Origin: Sphaerodactylus townsendi
Lineage: Eukaryota
Direction: 5' to 3'
NCBI RefSeq assembly: GCF_021028975.2
Contig: NC_059426.1
Coordinates: 42,904,001-42,968,000 of the forward strand
DNA: 64,000 nucleotides
The first letter of the stretch is position 1; every line of letters starts with the position of its first letter. The translations under genes were made by a program, and so were the position numbers. The notes under the pieces were generated by a model. That model made no database searches. It was not told where the DNA came from and saw only the letters and a list, made by a program, of their open reading frames with translations. This document shows, piece by piece, positions 24,781 to 37,476 of this stretch.

Positions 24781-25869
24781 TAGATAGATCTGTAGCCGTA
24801 CCTGCCTACATATTCACAGGTTTGGTAATAATAGTCAGGGATTGTTTACAATGAACATTTCTGTTGATTCATAGTATACAGCTATTTACCAAAAAAGTAT
24901 CCCTGTTAATACCATGGCCCATTATACCTGGAACATTTACCTTGTGACTCTTAGCTGTGTAGTGGAGCTGTAGTGTGGTCTCCTCATGTTTCTCTGTTTA
25001 CATGTGAGGAGCCATTCACTGCCCGCCCCGCGGCTGCTTGGTGAAGGATCAACGGGCAACTGCTTTTCCTGGTTGTCTTGACTCTGCCCATCACCTCTCT
25101 CTTAAAGGCACATATCTCATCACAGTCAATAGTTGAAAGATAAAGGGCTTTGTTACAGCCCTTTAGATTGTAGTTATATCAATATACCTGGTTTTGCAAT
25201 TATAGTGTTACTGTAACACACACACACTCCCCGGTGCAAAGAAGGAGGCAAAGCAGTTCCTCACTCTGCTGAAGAAGATGAACAAGTCCTAGAAATGATA
25301 TCTCCCCCCCCCCCCCAAACACACACACACTGCAATAAAAGACAGCACTTTTGCAGAGCTTCTCTGTTTATATAGATATATCAATATAACAAATAACAAA
25401 AATTGAAGTAATAATAAATCTTACAAGGGGGAAGGGGAGAGGTGTGCACCGGAGTGTGAGGGAATGGCTGGTGGTGGGCAGAGGGAAAGAGTCTGAGGCA
25501 AAGCTGTACGCATTGGCAAATCTCCCCCACTCTGGCAGCAAAGAAAATTAAATTCGTGCTTAAAGTGGTGTTGCTTGGCACAGGGAGAGTGGAAATTGAA
25601 AGTGGGGCTCAAGGAAATATATCTGTCCAAGAAATTTTGCTGCAATGGACATTTGCCCCTCCCACATCAGACAGCTGATGCATAATGGGCCCATATCAAC
25701 AAACAGCAATTGTACACTGCATTTATTTCAAATAATTATATAAGCTTCATGAATTTATATATTTCCTTCCTTAAAAAGCAGAGATCATGATTATTTCTTT
25801 AGTAATACCCCATCAGTAACAGACTGTTCTTGTACAAGACTGTTGAGTAGTCTTGATAATACGTTCACT

Positions 25870-26006
25870 CAGTGGTAGGATTCAAATAATTTAACTGGTT
25901 CCGGTGGTGGGATTCAAATAATTTAACAACTGGTTGATTACAAGGACAACTGATTCTGACAACCGATTCTGCTGAAGTGATGCAAACCTGCTCAATCCCA
26001 CCACTG
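25870..26006. mobile_element. hAT MITE
   Basis: TIRs CAGTGGTAGGATT / AATCCCACCACTG. Degenerate 8-bp TSD CGTTCACT / TGTTTACT. Internal duplicate of the left end. Confidence 0.7.
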
Positions 26007-27311
26007 TGTTTACTCCATCTTGCAAAGACTTCTCAACTCCTTGCTTTTTTCTTAACTCCTTGCCATGTTCTGTCTCCCTTTCCAGCCAGAGCTATTTTAT
26101 CCTCCGCAGTTGCTCAAAAGTGAAAAATAATTGCTTCAATTCATACTATAAATTTCATCAAAATCCTCCATTAATAATAATGTATTTTTATCAAATGCCC
26201 TACACCTTTGTGAATGACAGCACAGTCATATGTTGGAAGCAGAAAAAATTAGTCATGCAGGCTTACTTGCTAAATTCCTCTTGGCAACACCAGTCAAGAG
26301 CTACAATCTCAAATGTCACACATAATGTGAAAATTTTTGAGACTACATACCAGTGTCCTTGTAATCAGCAGCTATAGAAGAACATATAGAAACAGCAAAC
26401 TCCAGGCTACTGTTGAAGTCTGTCAGCAAAATGGTGGTGAAATAGAGCTGCCACAGGACTTCCCTCACGAATTCTCATTAGAGAAAAAAAACAATTAAAT
26501 GCATCTCCACTTAGTCAACACATTGTTTCTGCTTTAGGTAGCAAAGATTTCCACTCTGGGCTCGCAACAGGCATGGCTCCAAGATGCCATAAACAGGGAA
26601 TCTCAGAAGACCACAGGAGGAAGATTTATTCTATATCGTTGAATCATGCTAAGGAAAGAGACATTTCCAAATATGTACATAAATCATGCTTAACAATAAA
26701 TTGTATCAGATTGCTGAGTCAGTATTTTAAGATTTATCTCTTCCCCCTCCCCATGCCGCCGCCACCCCCCCCCCCCCGCCGAGCTACTTCTCAAAACAGA
26801 TAACATTTACGGTCCTTTGATTTTTAATTTTCCCCATCAGCCCTCAGGGGTAGCACAGGAAAGGAAACGGAAGAAAAGAAGAAATGAAGCCACTTCTAAA
26901 GATACTCAAAACAATCTTAATTTCCCATCTCGTTTTCCAGTGCCATTGACATTTGTATATCAAAAGTTTTGTGCTTGCAGTCACTACCTGCCTTCTCAGT
27001 TGTACCTTTTATATAATTCTCGCCTTCTTTGAGCATTTCCTTTGCTTTGCTAAAGTTGTATGCAGTTTCTAATGCCACAGTTTGAACACTTGCATTTCCT
27101 AAAACAGCTGTGGTGCCAGTGATTATGCTGGTCTACAATTCAAATCCAATCACTTCATTGAGCACTAGCATGTAGCCACATTGGCCTACTCGGGCATATG
27201 AAGTGCCCTGGAGTTGGAGGCCGATTCCCCCTCCTCCTCCAAACACAGACAGTGACAAAAGAGCTGTATAAAACCCCTTTAACAACGTTTCTGTTGGGAT
27301 GTGGAATGGTA

Positions 27312-27462
27312 CGGTATAGCTCAATCTTGTCATACCTTGGAAGCTAAGCTGAGTCACTACTTGGATGGGAGACCAGGGAAGATTCTGCAGATAAAAGCAA
27401 TGGCAAACCACCTCTGCTCAATCACTTGCCCTGAAAACCCCACCAGGGTCATTATAAGTTAG
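27312..27462 (+). mobile_element. 5S rRNA-derived SINE with RTE/BovB-like tail
   Basis: 5S-like GGAAGCTAAGC...TACTTGGATGGGAGACC followed by GCAATGGCAAACCAC...TTGCCCTGAAAACCCC. Confidence 0.65.
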
Positions 27463-28309
27463 CACAAAATTCCTGAGCCGAATAGCCAAACTAAAGCAAT
27501 GCTTAGCAAGACTTGTGTTCTTCGCCTCATGCCTAGTCTCTAGCCTGCCACCTAGGGAAACAGTCTCTTCTGAAGATCCAAACTTCCCATAGTAAATTCA
27601 TAACCCTCCCCATTCCAGGGCTTCAGTCACAGTTACTTTGTTTCTTTATTTTTTTGCAGCTCCATAGGGCAATCAGTGAAGCTCAGTAATCAGGCCATTT
27701 CAGCCTCACCTTGGTTTAACTTTGCACATACTACAGAGCAATAACCATCTGCCAAATGCTATCTATGAAAACCAACAAGGCTAAGATAAAATGTGTCAAA
27801 CGTTGTTAGACAGACATTGTTTGATCTGCCACTTATTCAGCCTCTTAGCCTAGAGCAGGAATTAGTTCAAACATCTCTCACCCTGATTAGCAGCAACAGG
27901 AAGTTAAAAAAATGTTTAGTTGAACTGCAAGATTCGTACAAGAACTGAACAGGATGCTCCCATTTATTTCTTTAGAATGTTCACATATGGTAAAGTACAA
28001 GACTAACGTGATGTTTTTATTAAAAGCTTTGGATAACCACAGCTATTTGAAAAGGATTTCAACAATTATTCCACTGTCAGCTGGAGACAGAAAGAACCTT
28101 CTTGAGGTAGACGTTATTCTTCTCCAAAATAAAATTGCAAACTGCCTCCAAATAAACACTGGATAGGAAAACGCATTACGTACCTAGCGGCTTAGGAACC
28201 AGGAGGGGTGAGACATTACGGGAACGCAGGGATGCCGCAATTGCACTTCCAGCAAATACCTGGATGCTATGTCATATTACTGGCATGACACTGATGCGAC
28301 ACTCTAGGA

Positions 28310-28446
28310 CCATGGTGGCGAACCTTTGGCACTCCAGATGTTACGGACTACAATTCCCATCAGCCCCTGCCAGCATGGCTAAATTGATGGGACTGATGGG
28401 AATTGTAGTCCATAACATCTGGTGTGCCAAAGGTTCGCTGCCATGG
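28310..28446. mobile_element. Palindromic hAT MITE, complete
   Basis: TSD CTCTAGGA at 28302-28309 and 28447-28454. Near-perfect full-length inverted repeat with TIR CCATGGTGGCGAACC. Confidence 0.9.
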
Positions 28447-29451
28447 CTCTAGGATTTGGACAAACTGGCAACATACATGATCTCCCTTCTGGGTTAGGCC
28501 TTCCAATTCTGGGTTGGAAAATTTCTCAAAATTTGGAGGTGGGGCCTGGGAAAGGCAGGGCTTGGGGAAGGGAAGAAACTCAGCAGGATAAAATGCAATA
28601 AAGTCCACCTTCCAGAGAAGCAATTTTATCTTGGGGAACTGTTCTCTGTAGTCTGGAGATCAGGAGATTGTCAAACCCCACCTGGAGACTGCCAACCCTA
28701 TCTGATTGTTCACTGGAAAAGTGAATCTGGTGCCTGTTTAAAAACCTTTTTCCTCTCATGGACCTCACTGAACCTGAAAGGCATGGCTAGTGAGAACAGC
28801 AAGTCTCCTGCCTATACACCTTCATTAACATGACTCACCTAGATGAAATGCAATGTCCACTAAAAGTCTTCTACCAAATATGCATGCTGTATATGAATAC
28901 AATCCCCTTCTGCTAAGTAAGCAAGCATTCAGTGTATGGAATCCTACTGAGTACTGGGCAAAATAAATTATATATACACTAGCAATAAAGCCCATTTTAG
29001 TTTCAAATAAAATGGGCTCTAGTAAGGTGAGGGGGAGGGTGGGCCTAACTCACCATTTCGTTCCCTCGGCCACTGCGCTGCTGAAGAGAAAACCGTGGAA
29101 GCAACGCCCTTTGGCGAATGTTAAGGAGGCTGTTGGAAAGTGGCAGCGGGGGTAGGTGTTGTTGTGTGCTCATTCCTTGGGAGGGGAGTGTGCATGGGGG
29201 ATTGGGGAGGCTCTTCCTTGGTTGGCTGGGGGGATGCTTTTTGACAGGGGATGGGGCATGCTGGGGCTTCAAGAGCATGGTTGTTTGGTCTGGGGGTGGG
29301 AGGGGGAGTGTGCAGAGGATTGGGGAGACTCTTCTTCACTGGCCTGGGCATTGTTCTTTTTTGGGGGGTAGGGCGTACTGGGGTTTCAGAAGGGTGGTTG
29401 CTTGGTGTGGCGGTTGAGAGGGGGAGTGTTTGTGGAGGATTGGGGAGGGTG

Positions 29452-29828
29452 TGTCATGATAGTTAAAGTGTCCATATCCTATCCAGCATGAGTCAGCATG
29501 AGACTGAGCTGACAAACCGGTTCTTACCTGTTCCAAGTGACCTTTAACATGATTGGTTGAGTCTTGTATAAAAGCACTTGTATTATACTGGGTCAGTGTT
29601 CCTTTGGGAAACAGGTGTTAGGCGAAGCACTTTGATTCTCTGCTGAATATTCTACGTTGTATATAGTTACTTGTACATAGAGCAACTGAATGATAAATGC
29701 CTTCTTATGAATGACAGAAGCTGTGTGGAGTTTACTTACTGTGGAAGGCGGTGGGAGGTTAGTGTTAGTGGCACAAGACCACTTAGTCTCTTACTCTAAA
29801 GTAGTCTCGCTCAAATTCCTGGCTATCA
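29452..29828 (+). repeat. Copia 5' LTR
   Basis: 29452-29716 matches 34294-34558 with one mismatch (29656 G vs 34498 A). The remainder differs by small indels. Confidence 0.95.
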
Positions 29829-29842
29829 GGTTATGGGCCCAG
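29829..29842 (+). promoter_or_regulatory. Primer binding site GGTTATGGGCCCAG (initiator tRNA-Met anticodon-arm / half-tRNA type)
   Basis: Immediately follows the LTR terminal CA. Same PBS type as Drosophila copia. Confidence 0.9.
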
Positions 29843-29949
29843 GCGGTCGCAAAGGGTCTACTCCTGTGAGTAAAGGCGGTGGTTCCTGTGTGTTCCCTGT
29901 GCGTGTTCCTGTGAGCTGTGGTGTGGCTGTCCAGTACAGAGTCTACTTA

Positions 29950-32900
29950 TATGGCCCGGTCACAGCAGCCGGCATGTCGTTTGAACGCCTTTAATGAGGA
30001 ACAACTACTTGTCATTAAGGCGTGTAAGATGCAGTCCTATCTTTTATTCGGGAAGATTTGTGGTCTGTGGTGGAGACTTCCACCCCGCGGCTTCGCTGCC
30101 GACTTGGCGGCGGGTTACTATCGCCAGCGCTGATCAAAAAAGCCCGTGTCCTCCATAAATTCTGGTCGTGGAGAACTCCCAGCTTCTGTAGATGTTCCGG
30201 GACACTGTGAAATCACGGAAGAATGTTGTGGAGGCGCCTCAAGGCTCCCCATATATCAGCAAAAGGATACAGCAAGGAGTCTAAAATGCCTGATAGCGAA
30301 GACGGCTATATAAATCGCTGCAAGCTTGAAAAGCTGGTGGAGTCGCGTTTCTACTCATTATCGCAGCTAATGAGGTCCCTATTCGGCCAATTGGAAGACC
30401 GTGGGATGGTTTCTTCCTATGAGTCCCCATAAATCTTTTATATCATCTCTTATCATCACTTGACCAAAGGTTGGGATCAGCTGGTTTATGCGCTTTACAA
30501 AGTGTTGAAAGCAGACCTCACACTTCCTTCTTTCGTGACTTCGCGGCTGCTTTCTAGAAGGTCAGCAACAGAGGGAATTCCAAAGCAGTGAGGAGCCGTG
30601 CATGTTGAAGCTGCCCTATATATATGAAGACGAACAACGCTCTGAGGTGGAAAGGTTTCATCGGTGGAGAGACGGTGCCCTGTGGAAAGCCTATTCTGTT
30701 CCTGGAGATGTTACTGCTAAAGTGGGTCCGTGAAATCATATCGCTTTGCAGAAATCTGTCCAGACGCCCGACAATAAAAGCGCAGATGAAGAAAGGACAG
30801 AAGGGGCGAAACGGAAGCATTTACAATGCTCCAGAACAAGCTCTGACTGGTATGACGTTTTCAGCTATGTTGGTGACTAGTGCTGTGGAGAAAAAAAGAA
30901 AGCAAAGCAGCTGGTTGATGGATTAGTGCCTGCACGGCACATTGTGTAAACGTGACAGAAGTTTGCTTCGTGATGAAACTGCTACTACCATTTCCCACGT
31001 AAGCCTTCGCTGATGGTTCATCATCAGAGGTGTCTTTACGGGCGAAACTGTGGCGTATGTACCTGCTTTTTTGGACTAAATATTCAAAGGAAATGTGTTA
31101 CCTAGTCCCCCCACCTAGACTTTAATTTGTTAAGTGTTCCATGCCCTTGTTCAGGATGGGTAGAAAGTCACATTTAACCAGTCGACATGTGCTATGTGAA
31201 CAGAAATAATGTGTTATTGATGCAAAGGACAACTAAAGGCGATATGTTGTACCCGCCATGATTCCCAAAGGTACTTATGTAGGAGTGTAAAACAACTATC
31301 CAGTCTGTCTAATAAGCCTTTACCACGACTAACTGTGTGCTACCGGAAGTTACACTGTGTACTAGGTCATGCAAGGGTGGTCCTTTACTATAAAGCAGTT
31401 TAGCTAAAGTGTGTGACATACAAGTAAAACCCTGTAAACATTACCTGGAGTGTTCTGTTTGTAGTGGCTGCAAAGTCAAAGCCTTTCCTGTTGCTAAAGT
31501 AAGCAATAGGACAAACAGACAGACCTTTTTTAGCTTTGGTCCATTCTGGACTCTTTGCTGGACCTTTCCCAGCCAGTCATAAGTACCCGTTACATGCATC
31601 ATGTTGATTGTGGATTTTGATTATAGTAGGTACTCTTATTGTCTACTGTTAAAATCCAAAGCAGAAGTTTCCTGTGAGAGGTTCCAGTGATTGGGTTGCC
31701 ATGGCTGGAAAGAAACCACTCCTATAAAGGTATGAAGGCTACAAAACAGATCGCGTGAGGAGAGTACATGAGTGAAAAGCCTTTCAATCCTGGTATGGGC
31801 AAAGAAGGGACAATTGTGCGCAAGGAAACAACTAACCCTTTTACGCCTCAGGAGAACGGGGAGGTATCAGAGAGGACGCTTTTGGGAGTTTTCGGTGGCA
31901 GGTGATGCGTGATCTGCATGCTTGATGATGCAAAACTACCCTTTCACTATTGGGGGGGAGGCTTGTCTGTGCTGCCACTCACGTAATTAATGCGTCTCTG
32001 GAGTCTCCAGTATTTCAGGGAAACACCCCATTACATGCGTTTGTTTTCAAGGGCAAGAAAACCCTCTTTGAAACACCTGAGAAGGTTTAGAAAGCTGCAC
32101 AATGTCTTGATTACCAAGTGCACAAAGGGAACTAAAGGTAAACCCAGGTATCAAAGATGATTGTTTACAGGTTATTCAGAAAACACTAAAGGTTATAGAT
32201 TTAGTCTGGAATTTTGGCAGGAATTGTAGTCTCTAGAAGTGCCAACCTTTAGGAGAAGACACACAGGTTGGGAGCATGTTCATTCTAATTCCAGGAGGTT
32301 TTTCTGCCTGCCTTAACTGAACAGCCTGCAAGGGTGCAGCAATCCCAGTAGCCAGAGTGCACTCCATCCTCCTCTACTCAAGGTCACATTCCTAGGAGTG
32401 GAAGGAGAGAGAGAGAGGACAGCAGTAGTTCAGACTCCAGAGAAAGAAGAGGAAAATCATAAGTGTGCTTGATTTTCCCACTTGGAGGTCCAACAGAGAA
32501 AATAAAAGGAGTGCTGCCATTGCAAAGGTTTGAGTAAGTTACTTCAGGTTGTTAGGATCTGTCAAACATGGGTAAGAGCCTCTCCAAAGCTTTCCAGGAG
32601 ATGGTAAATCTAGACCTCCTGAGGGAACAAGGTAATTGTGGAGATGCTGCTATGGATGGATGACATTTGAATCCTTAGTGAAGCAAAATGTTTTTTTTGA
32701 AATTATGTAGACTTCGCCACCAAGAATTACAGAAAGTGGTTGGATCACGTTAGGGTGTACAAGAAGAAATCATTGCCCAATGGGGATGATAAGCAATTGT
32801 AACAAAGCTCGCTTGGTTGCCCAGGGCTACGGGCAAACTTTATTTCTAGAAAAATTATGAGAGCAAACATATTCGCCTTATTGCTAAGGCTGGAGTCTTA

Positions 32901-34229
32901 ATGAGGACTGGTGCTAGCTATAGCAATGCAAAGGGAATGGAAAATCGCGTCACTTTTGACTTCAGTGTGCATATTTACACGCTTCCTCTGTAGCAGAGGA
33001 TGTGTATATAAAGAAACCAGCACCTGGATATGGGTTGAAAAAGGCAAAGTGTACAAATTATATATGTAAATCACTGTCTGACGGCCTATGCCAGGCAGCT
33101 AGAAATTGGAATCAGTGTTTGCATGATGGTTTACACATTAAAGAGCTGGGTTTCCAGCCAGTGTTGAAGATCCTTGCGTGTATACTAAAGGTGAAGGCCG
33201 AGAACGAAGTCATCATAATTGTTTCACGTAGAATTGACATGTGTGTTACTGCCTTAACTGATGCTCAAATCACTGATGTCTATGACCCGGTTTAGGGGAA
33301 GACATTTCGGGTGAAAGATTTAGGCTACCTGAAAGCCTATCTAGGTGATAGCATAACTAAAGAGCAACAGAAGGAACCTTTGCTGCTAAGTCAGAAAGAC
33401 AAAATTGAAGAGCTCATGGTGAGTACTGGCTTAGAGAAAGGCAAAGTAGCAAAAGGCTTACCTATGTCTACTGAGTTTACTAAAGGAAAGAAGGATTCTG
33501 ATGTTTCTTTTGATAATCCTGAATTATATCGTTCTGTCATTGGAAGTTTGGCCCATTTGGCAAACTGGACAAGACCAGATATAATGTTTGCTCATTAACT
33601 ATTTAAAGCAGACTTGTGTCCTAAACCCACACTACATGCTTGGCAAGGAATTGACACGTAATGGAATTAGATTATTTAAAAGGTACACAGCATTTTTTTG
33701 TGGTGATAGCTCCAAACAAAGGAAACCCAAAGTCTTAACAGCTGCAGCAGATAGTTCTTTTGCAGATGATTCTGAAAAAATAGGAGGATCCCTGCACAGG
33801 GTTATCTTATTAAATATGCTGATAATTTGCTTGTTGGTACTGGAGATCGAGAAGGAAACAGACGCAACAACTGCCTTGTCAACATCTAGAGGCAGAGTAT
33901 TGTTAGCGTTATCTGAGGACATGCACAGAGTTGCAATGGATGAAAGCAATTGCTATCTGACTTAAAAGGTGCAATGTGTAGAACCTGTAGTCATTCAAGA
34001 TGATTCTGAAACTGTATAAGTTTAGCTGGAAACTGAAAGCATGAGAACAAGAACAAAATACATTGGTGTGAGGTACCAAAATGTAAAGCAAATGGTGCAA
34101 AATAAAACAATTTCTTTGTCTTATATTGAAAGTGAAAACAATCAAGCTGACTTGTTTACTAAAGCAGTACCAGAACTGAAGTTTGAACGTATGTTGCCTT
34201 TGTTAGGTATTGTCAATGTTCTTATGTAG
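29950..34229 (+). pseudogene. Copia gag-pol polyprotein, multiply frameshifted in this sequence
   Basis: Protease WLMD-SACTAH at ~30912. Integrase CSVC at ~31451, LVHS-D at ~31536 and PFTPQENG at ~31837. RT KARLVAQGY at ~32803, GLCQAARNW, and LYRSVIGSLAHLANWTRPDI. RNase H ADSSFADD, RTKYIGVRY and NQADLFTK. Stop at 34229. Confidence 0.9.
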
Positions 34230-34293
34230 TTTTTCTTTGTAACTTTTATTTGTAATTGTATGTAATGACTGCTTCCTAGGATATGAGAAGGGG

Positions 34294-34651
34294 TGTCATG
34301 ATAGTTAAAGTGTCCATATCCTATCCAGCATGAGTCAGCATGAGACTGAGCTGACAAACCGGTTCTTACCTGTTCCAAGTGACCTTTAACATGATTGGTT
34401 GAGTCTTGTATAAAAGCACTTGTATTATACTGGGTCAGTGTTCCTTTGGGAAACAGGTGTTAGGCGAAGCACTTTGATTCTCTGCTGAATATTCTACATT
34501 GTATATAGTTACTTGTACATAGAGCAACTGAATGATAAATGCCTTCTTATGAATGACAAAGCTGTGTGGAGTATACTTCGTGAAGGTGGGAGTGTTGCTG
34601 TACAAGACCACTAGTTCTACTCTAAGTAGCCCCGCTCAAATTCTGCTATCA
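34294..34651 (+). repeat. Copia 3' LTR
   Basis: Direct repeat of the 5' LTR, preceded by the PPT and followed by the TSD. Confidence 0.95.
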
Positions 34652-37476
34652 GGGTGTTCCTTGCCAGGATGCATGATTTGGGATGGGGGATTCTGGAGGG
34701 CTTTTGGGGAGGGTGATTGCTTGTTCTGTGGAGTAGGAGAGGGCAGAGGAATTCCAGGCACTTGGGGTGAGGGGAGGGTGGATTGTGGTGGTATAAGGCA
34801 GGCTATGGGGCAGCAGCAGCTTCCTGGTTGTTGTCCCAAAGCCCAGTGTGCCATTTGGGTCAGGGGAATCAGGGAGGTCTGGGTTGGGCTCCAGGGCAGC
34901 AGCTGCTTCCTGGGTGCTGCCCCGGAGGCCAACGTATTGTTTGTGGTGGTGGTGGGGAATGGGGAGGATTCAGTCAAGGAAGGTAGGTTTGGGAGGGGTC
35001 AAGTGGGGCACAGGCCAATGGGTGTGCAGGACACACAAGGCTTAGGTGAGTATATCTCCTGCACAGTGAGCGACTAAGGGTTTGTTGTTGGTCGTTCAAA
35101 ACCTTAACCAATTATATTTGGAAATAAATTATATTTATATTCTCTCCTCTCTCCACTGAGAAGCATCAACTGACAGATAACATTCATGACAAGTGAAGCT
35201 TTACATAGCCATATAATCCAGATAACTATAAGCACCAGAGCTTTGGAAACTATTTGCAGAACTTCCATGCCATTTCTTCAATACAATTTTCAAAACTGAA
35301 TCACTCTGCAGACTTCATTCCTTATCTCTGTTTAATTTGATAAGAAAAAGAGAGAGCACACATGGAATGTCCCCCAAGCAACATTCATTGTGATTTGCAA
35401 GAGGGAAAGAAGTAAGGAAATACTAAAGTAAAGTATTTTCTACAGCATGTACTGACTCACATATTACAGAGCACTCAGGTGAGACCTGAGGTTCCCCACC
35501 CTATGCACAACCTACAGGTTTGGAATGAACTCTTGAATGAATTGAAACGTTTTCATAGATGTACTTTACTGTAATTGGAAAATAGTGTAAATAGACTTGC
35601 ACATTTAGTGGGAATATTGTTTTGTATATAGATTAATTTGATATATTGCACAATACACTTGCCACTGCAGTACTTATATGCAGCAATTTTGGTAATTTGA
35701 ATCATACGTTCCTTGTATTATCAGTCAATATGAGTTAAAAGTTTCCTGTAATTTTTGTATGTATGTGCAATGGACAATTCAGATCATGACTGCAGCACAC
35801 ATGGAGAACAGGCTTCAGCCCCGCCGTACCATTTTCCTGATGTGAAATGGTTTGAGGAAGAGCTATGCAGTCTATTTGCAAAAACTCCCAAGTGTATAGT
35901 GAGTTACCCAATGGGCCAAATCGTGTCCCATGACTATTTCAAGTTGGGAAAATGGAGCAGAGGGGAAGGTGGATGGCGTTTCTCCAAACATGCTACAATC
36001 TCTGTCCAAATTGGGTTCAATTCACATTTGACTGTTACCTAAAAGACAGGATGGAGTCCATGGACCCAACTTGTATTCTAGGTAGTATGTAAATAGGCTC
36101 CATTGGATTAATGGCATAGTGGGGGTACCCAGTTGTCTAGCTTCATAAAATGGTGCCTGGTGCTCACCTTGGTTGCCGACCCCCCCCCCCACACACACAG
36201 CTGTGTTCTGGCCCTGAACTGCCCATGGAGTTTGGGGCATGGGTGCAGCAGGGTTCACCCTGCCCCTAATCTCCACATGGAAACTGGGAGCACCATGGGC
36301 CCATTTGGTCCTAGCCTCAGAGAGACTTGGGTCCAGCTTTAGAGCTCAATTCAAGCCTTGCTGAAGCCAGGATCAAACTAAGCACTGAGGGCTGACCTGC
36401 TCTACCTCTACGTTGCTGGACCCATTCACAACTCCACATACAGTCAGGTGGCACTTAGGGGCATATCCAACAATATAAAGCTAGAGTGCAGCAGCCCTCA
36501 GTGCTCAGTCTGGTGCTGGCCTCAGCCAGATTGAGTTCTAAACCTCAGGCTGGAAGCCTGCAATTTAAAGCTTGACCCAAGCCTCACTGAGGCCAGAATC
36601 AAACAAGCTTTCCCTGCTCCTGATCTCCATATGGAAACTGAGGGTGAGGTGAGCCTTGTTCGTCAGCATACAATGGCGCTCCTGCCTCGAAGTCCACATG
36701 GAGTTCAAACTGGAGTACAGTTGTGAGGGGAGGTGTGGCCCTGCAATGCTGTCCCAGGAAGTGGTGTCCAGAGCTTCAGTCCCCTCAGCCCCTAGCTATG
36801 CCATGGAGGGTACCACAGAAACAGAGATGGATATATGCCCAAGCTAAGTAGGCTACAATTAAAAACCTCCAACTGAAACCCTCCAAATATTAAAAAACCT
36901 AAAAATTATTATGTTAGCATGGCAGTAGGGCAATGCCATAGTGTCTCAGCATGGAAACCACCAGACAGTGCTACTGCATAATCCCCATTCATTTCAAAAG
37001 AACAGGCAGTGCTTTATCACAGAGGGTATTTTGAAGCATATGTGTTGGAGAGACTTTGAGGAGAGAGAAGTTAATGAGTCCTTAGACACATTTCAGATTA
37101 CCCAGGGCTATCCATATTCATGCACAGGAGACTGATAAGTAGATAGTTAACCAAGCTAATCAACCTGCCTAATGAAAGAAAAAATTAATGACCCTGTTCT
37201 TTGTTCGTTTCCACCAATATGGGTTGAATCTGAGTTTGCCCACAACATAGCATTATCCCCTCAGGCTGAATAGTCTGAAAGAGTCAGACTATAAGTATCT
37301 CACTTTTAACCAACCTCTATCAGCAATGTAAAATGAACATAAAAATTCTCATATACAGGAACACAAATTAATGCTCTTTAGGAGAGGTCCATGTCTAAAC
37401 AATGTTAAATATTCAGCTGGATGCAAACTAGCAGATGCAATAGAAACAGGAGAAAAAGACTTTGTTGCTTTCTCTG

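Larger units (their letters stand above)
29452..34651 (+). mobile_element. Full-length Ty1/Copia LTR retrotransposon
   Basis: LTRs 29452-29828 and 34294-34651 (TG...CA). TSD GGGTG at 29447-29451 and 34652-34656. PBS 29829-29842. PPT GAGAAGGGG at 34285-34293. Domain order PR-IN-RT-RH. Confidence 0.95.
28978..35125 (+). mobile_element. Non-autonomous Helentron/Helitron-like element (~0.95 kb net) interrupted by Copia
   Basis: 5' ACTAG followed by hairpin AGCCCATTTTA (28989-28999) / TAAAATGGGCT (29008-29018) and CTAG. G-rich subrepeats continue on both sides of the Copia. 3' end CCTTAACCAATTATAT in an AT-rich site. Class assignment is inference. Confidence 0.5.

Noticed and set aside
26917-27132. 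Stop-free minus frame (TSIITGTTAVLGNASVQ...MLKEGENYIKG) after a TAG acceptor
   Set aside because: Weak polypyrimidine tract and no recognisable homology. Not supportable without transcript data.
27312-27400. 5S rRNA gene (also 63050-63125)
   Set aside because: Partial, diverged and fused to a BovB-like tail, so it is a SINE and not an rRNA gene.
28184-28216. Minus-strand MSHPSW resembling the LPP N-terminus
   Set aside because: The frame continues FLSR-stop and similarity ends after six residues, so it is likely chance.
34553-35077. 174-aa Gly-rich ORF
   Set aside because: It spans the Copia 3' LTR and G-rich low-complexity repeat DNA. It is open because of base composition.
36050-36850. 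GC-richer segment with scattered short inverted and direct repeats
   Set aside because: Probably an old non-autonomous DNA element, but boundaries, TIRs and TSD cannot be fixed by eye.
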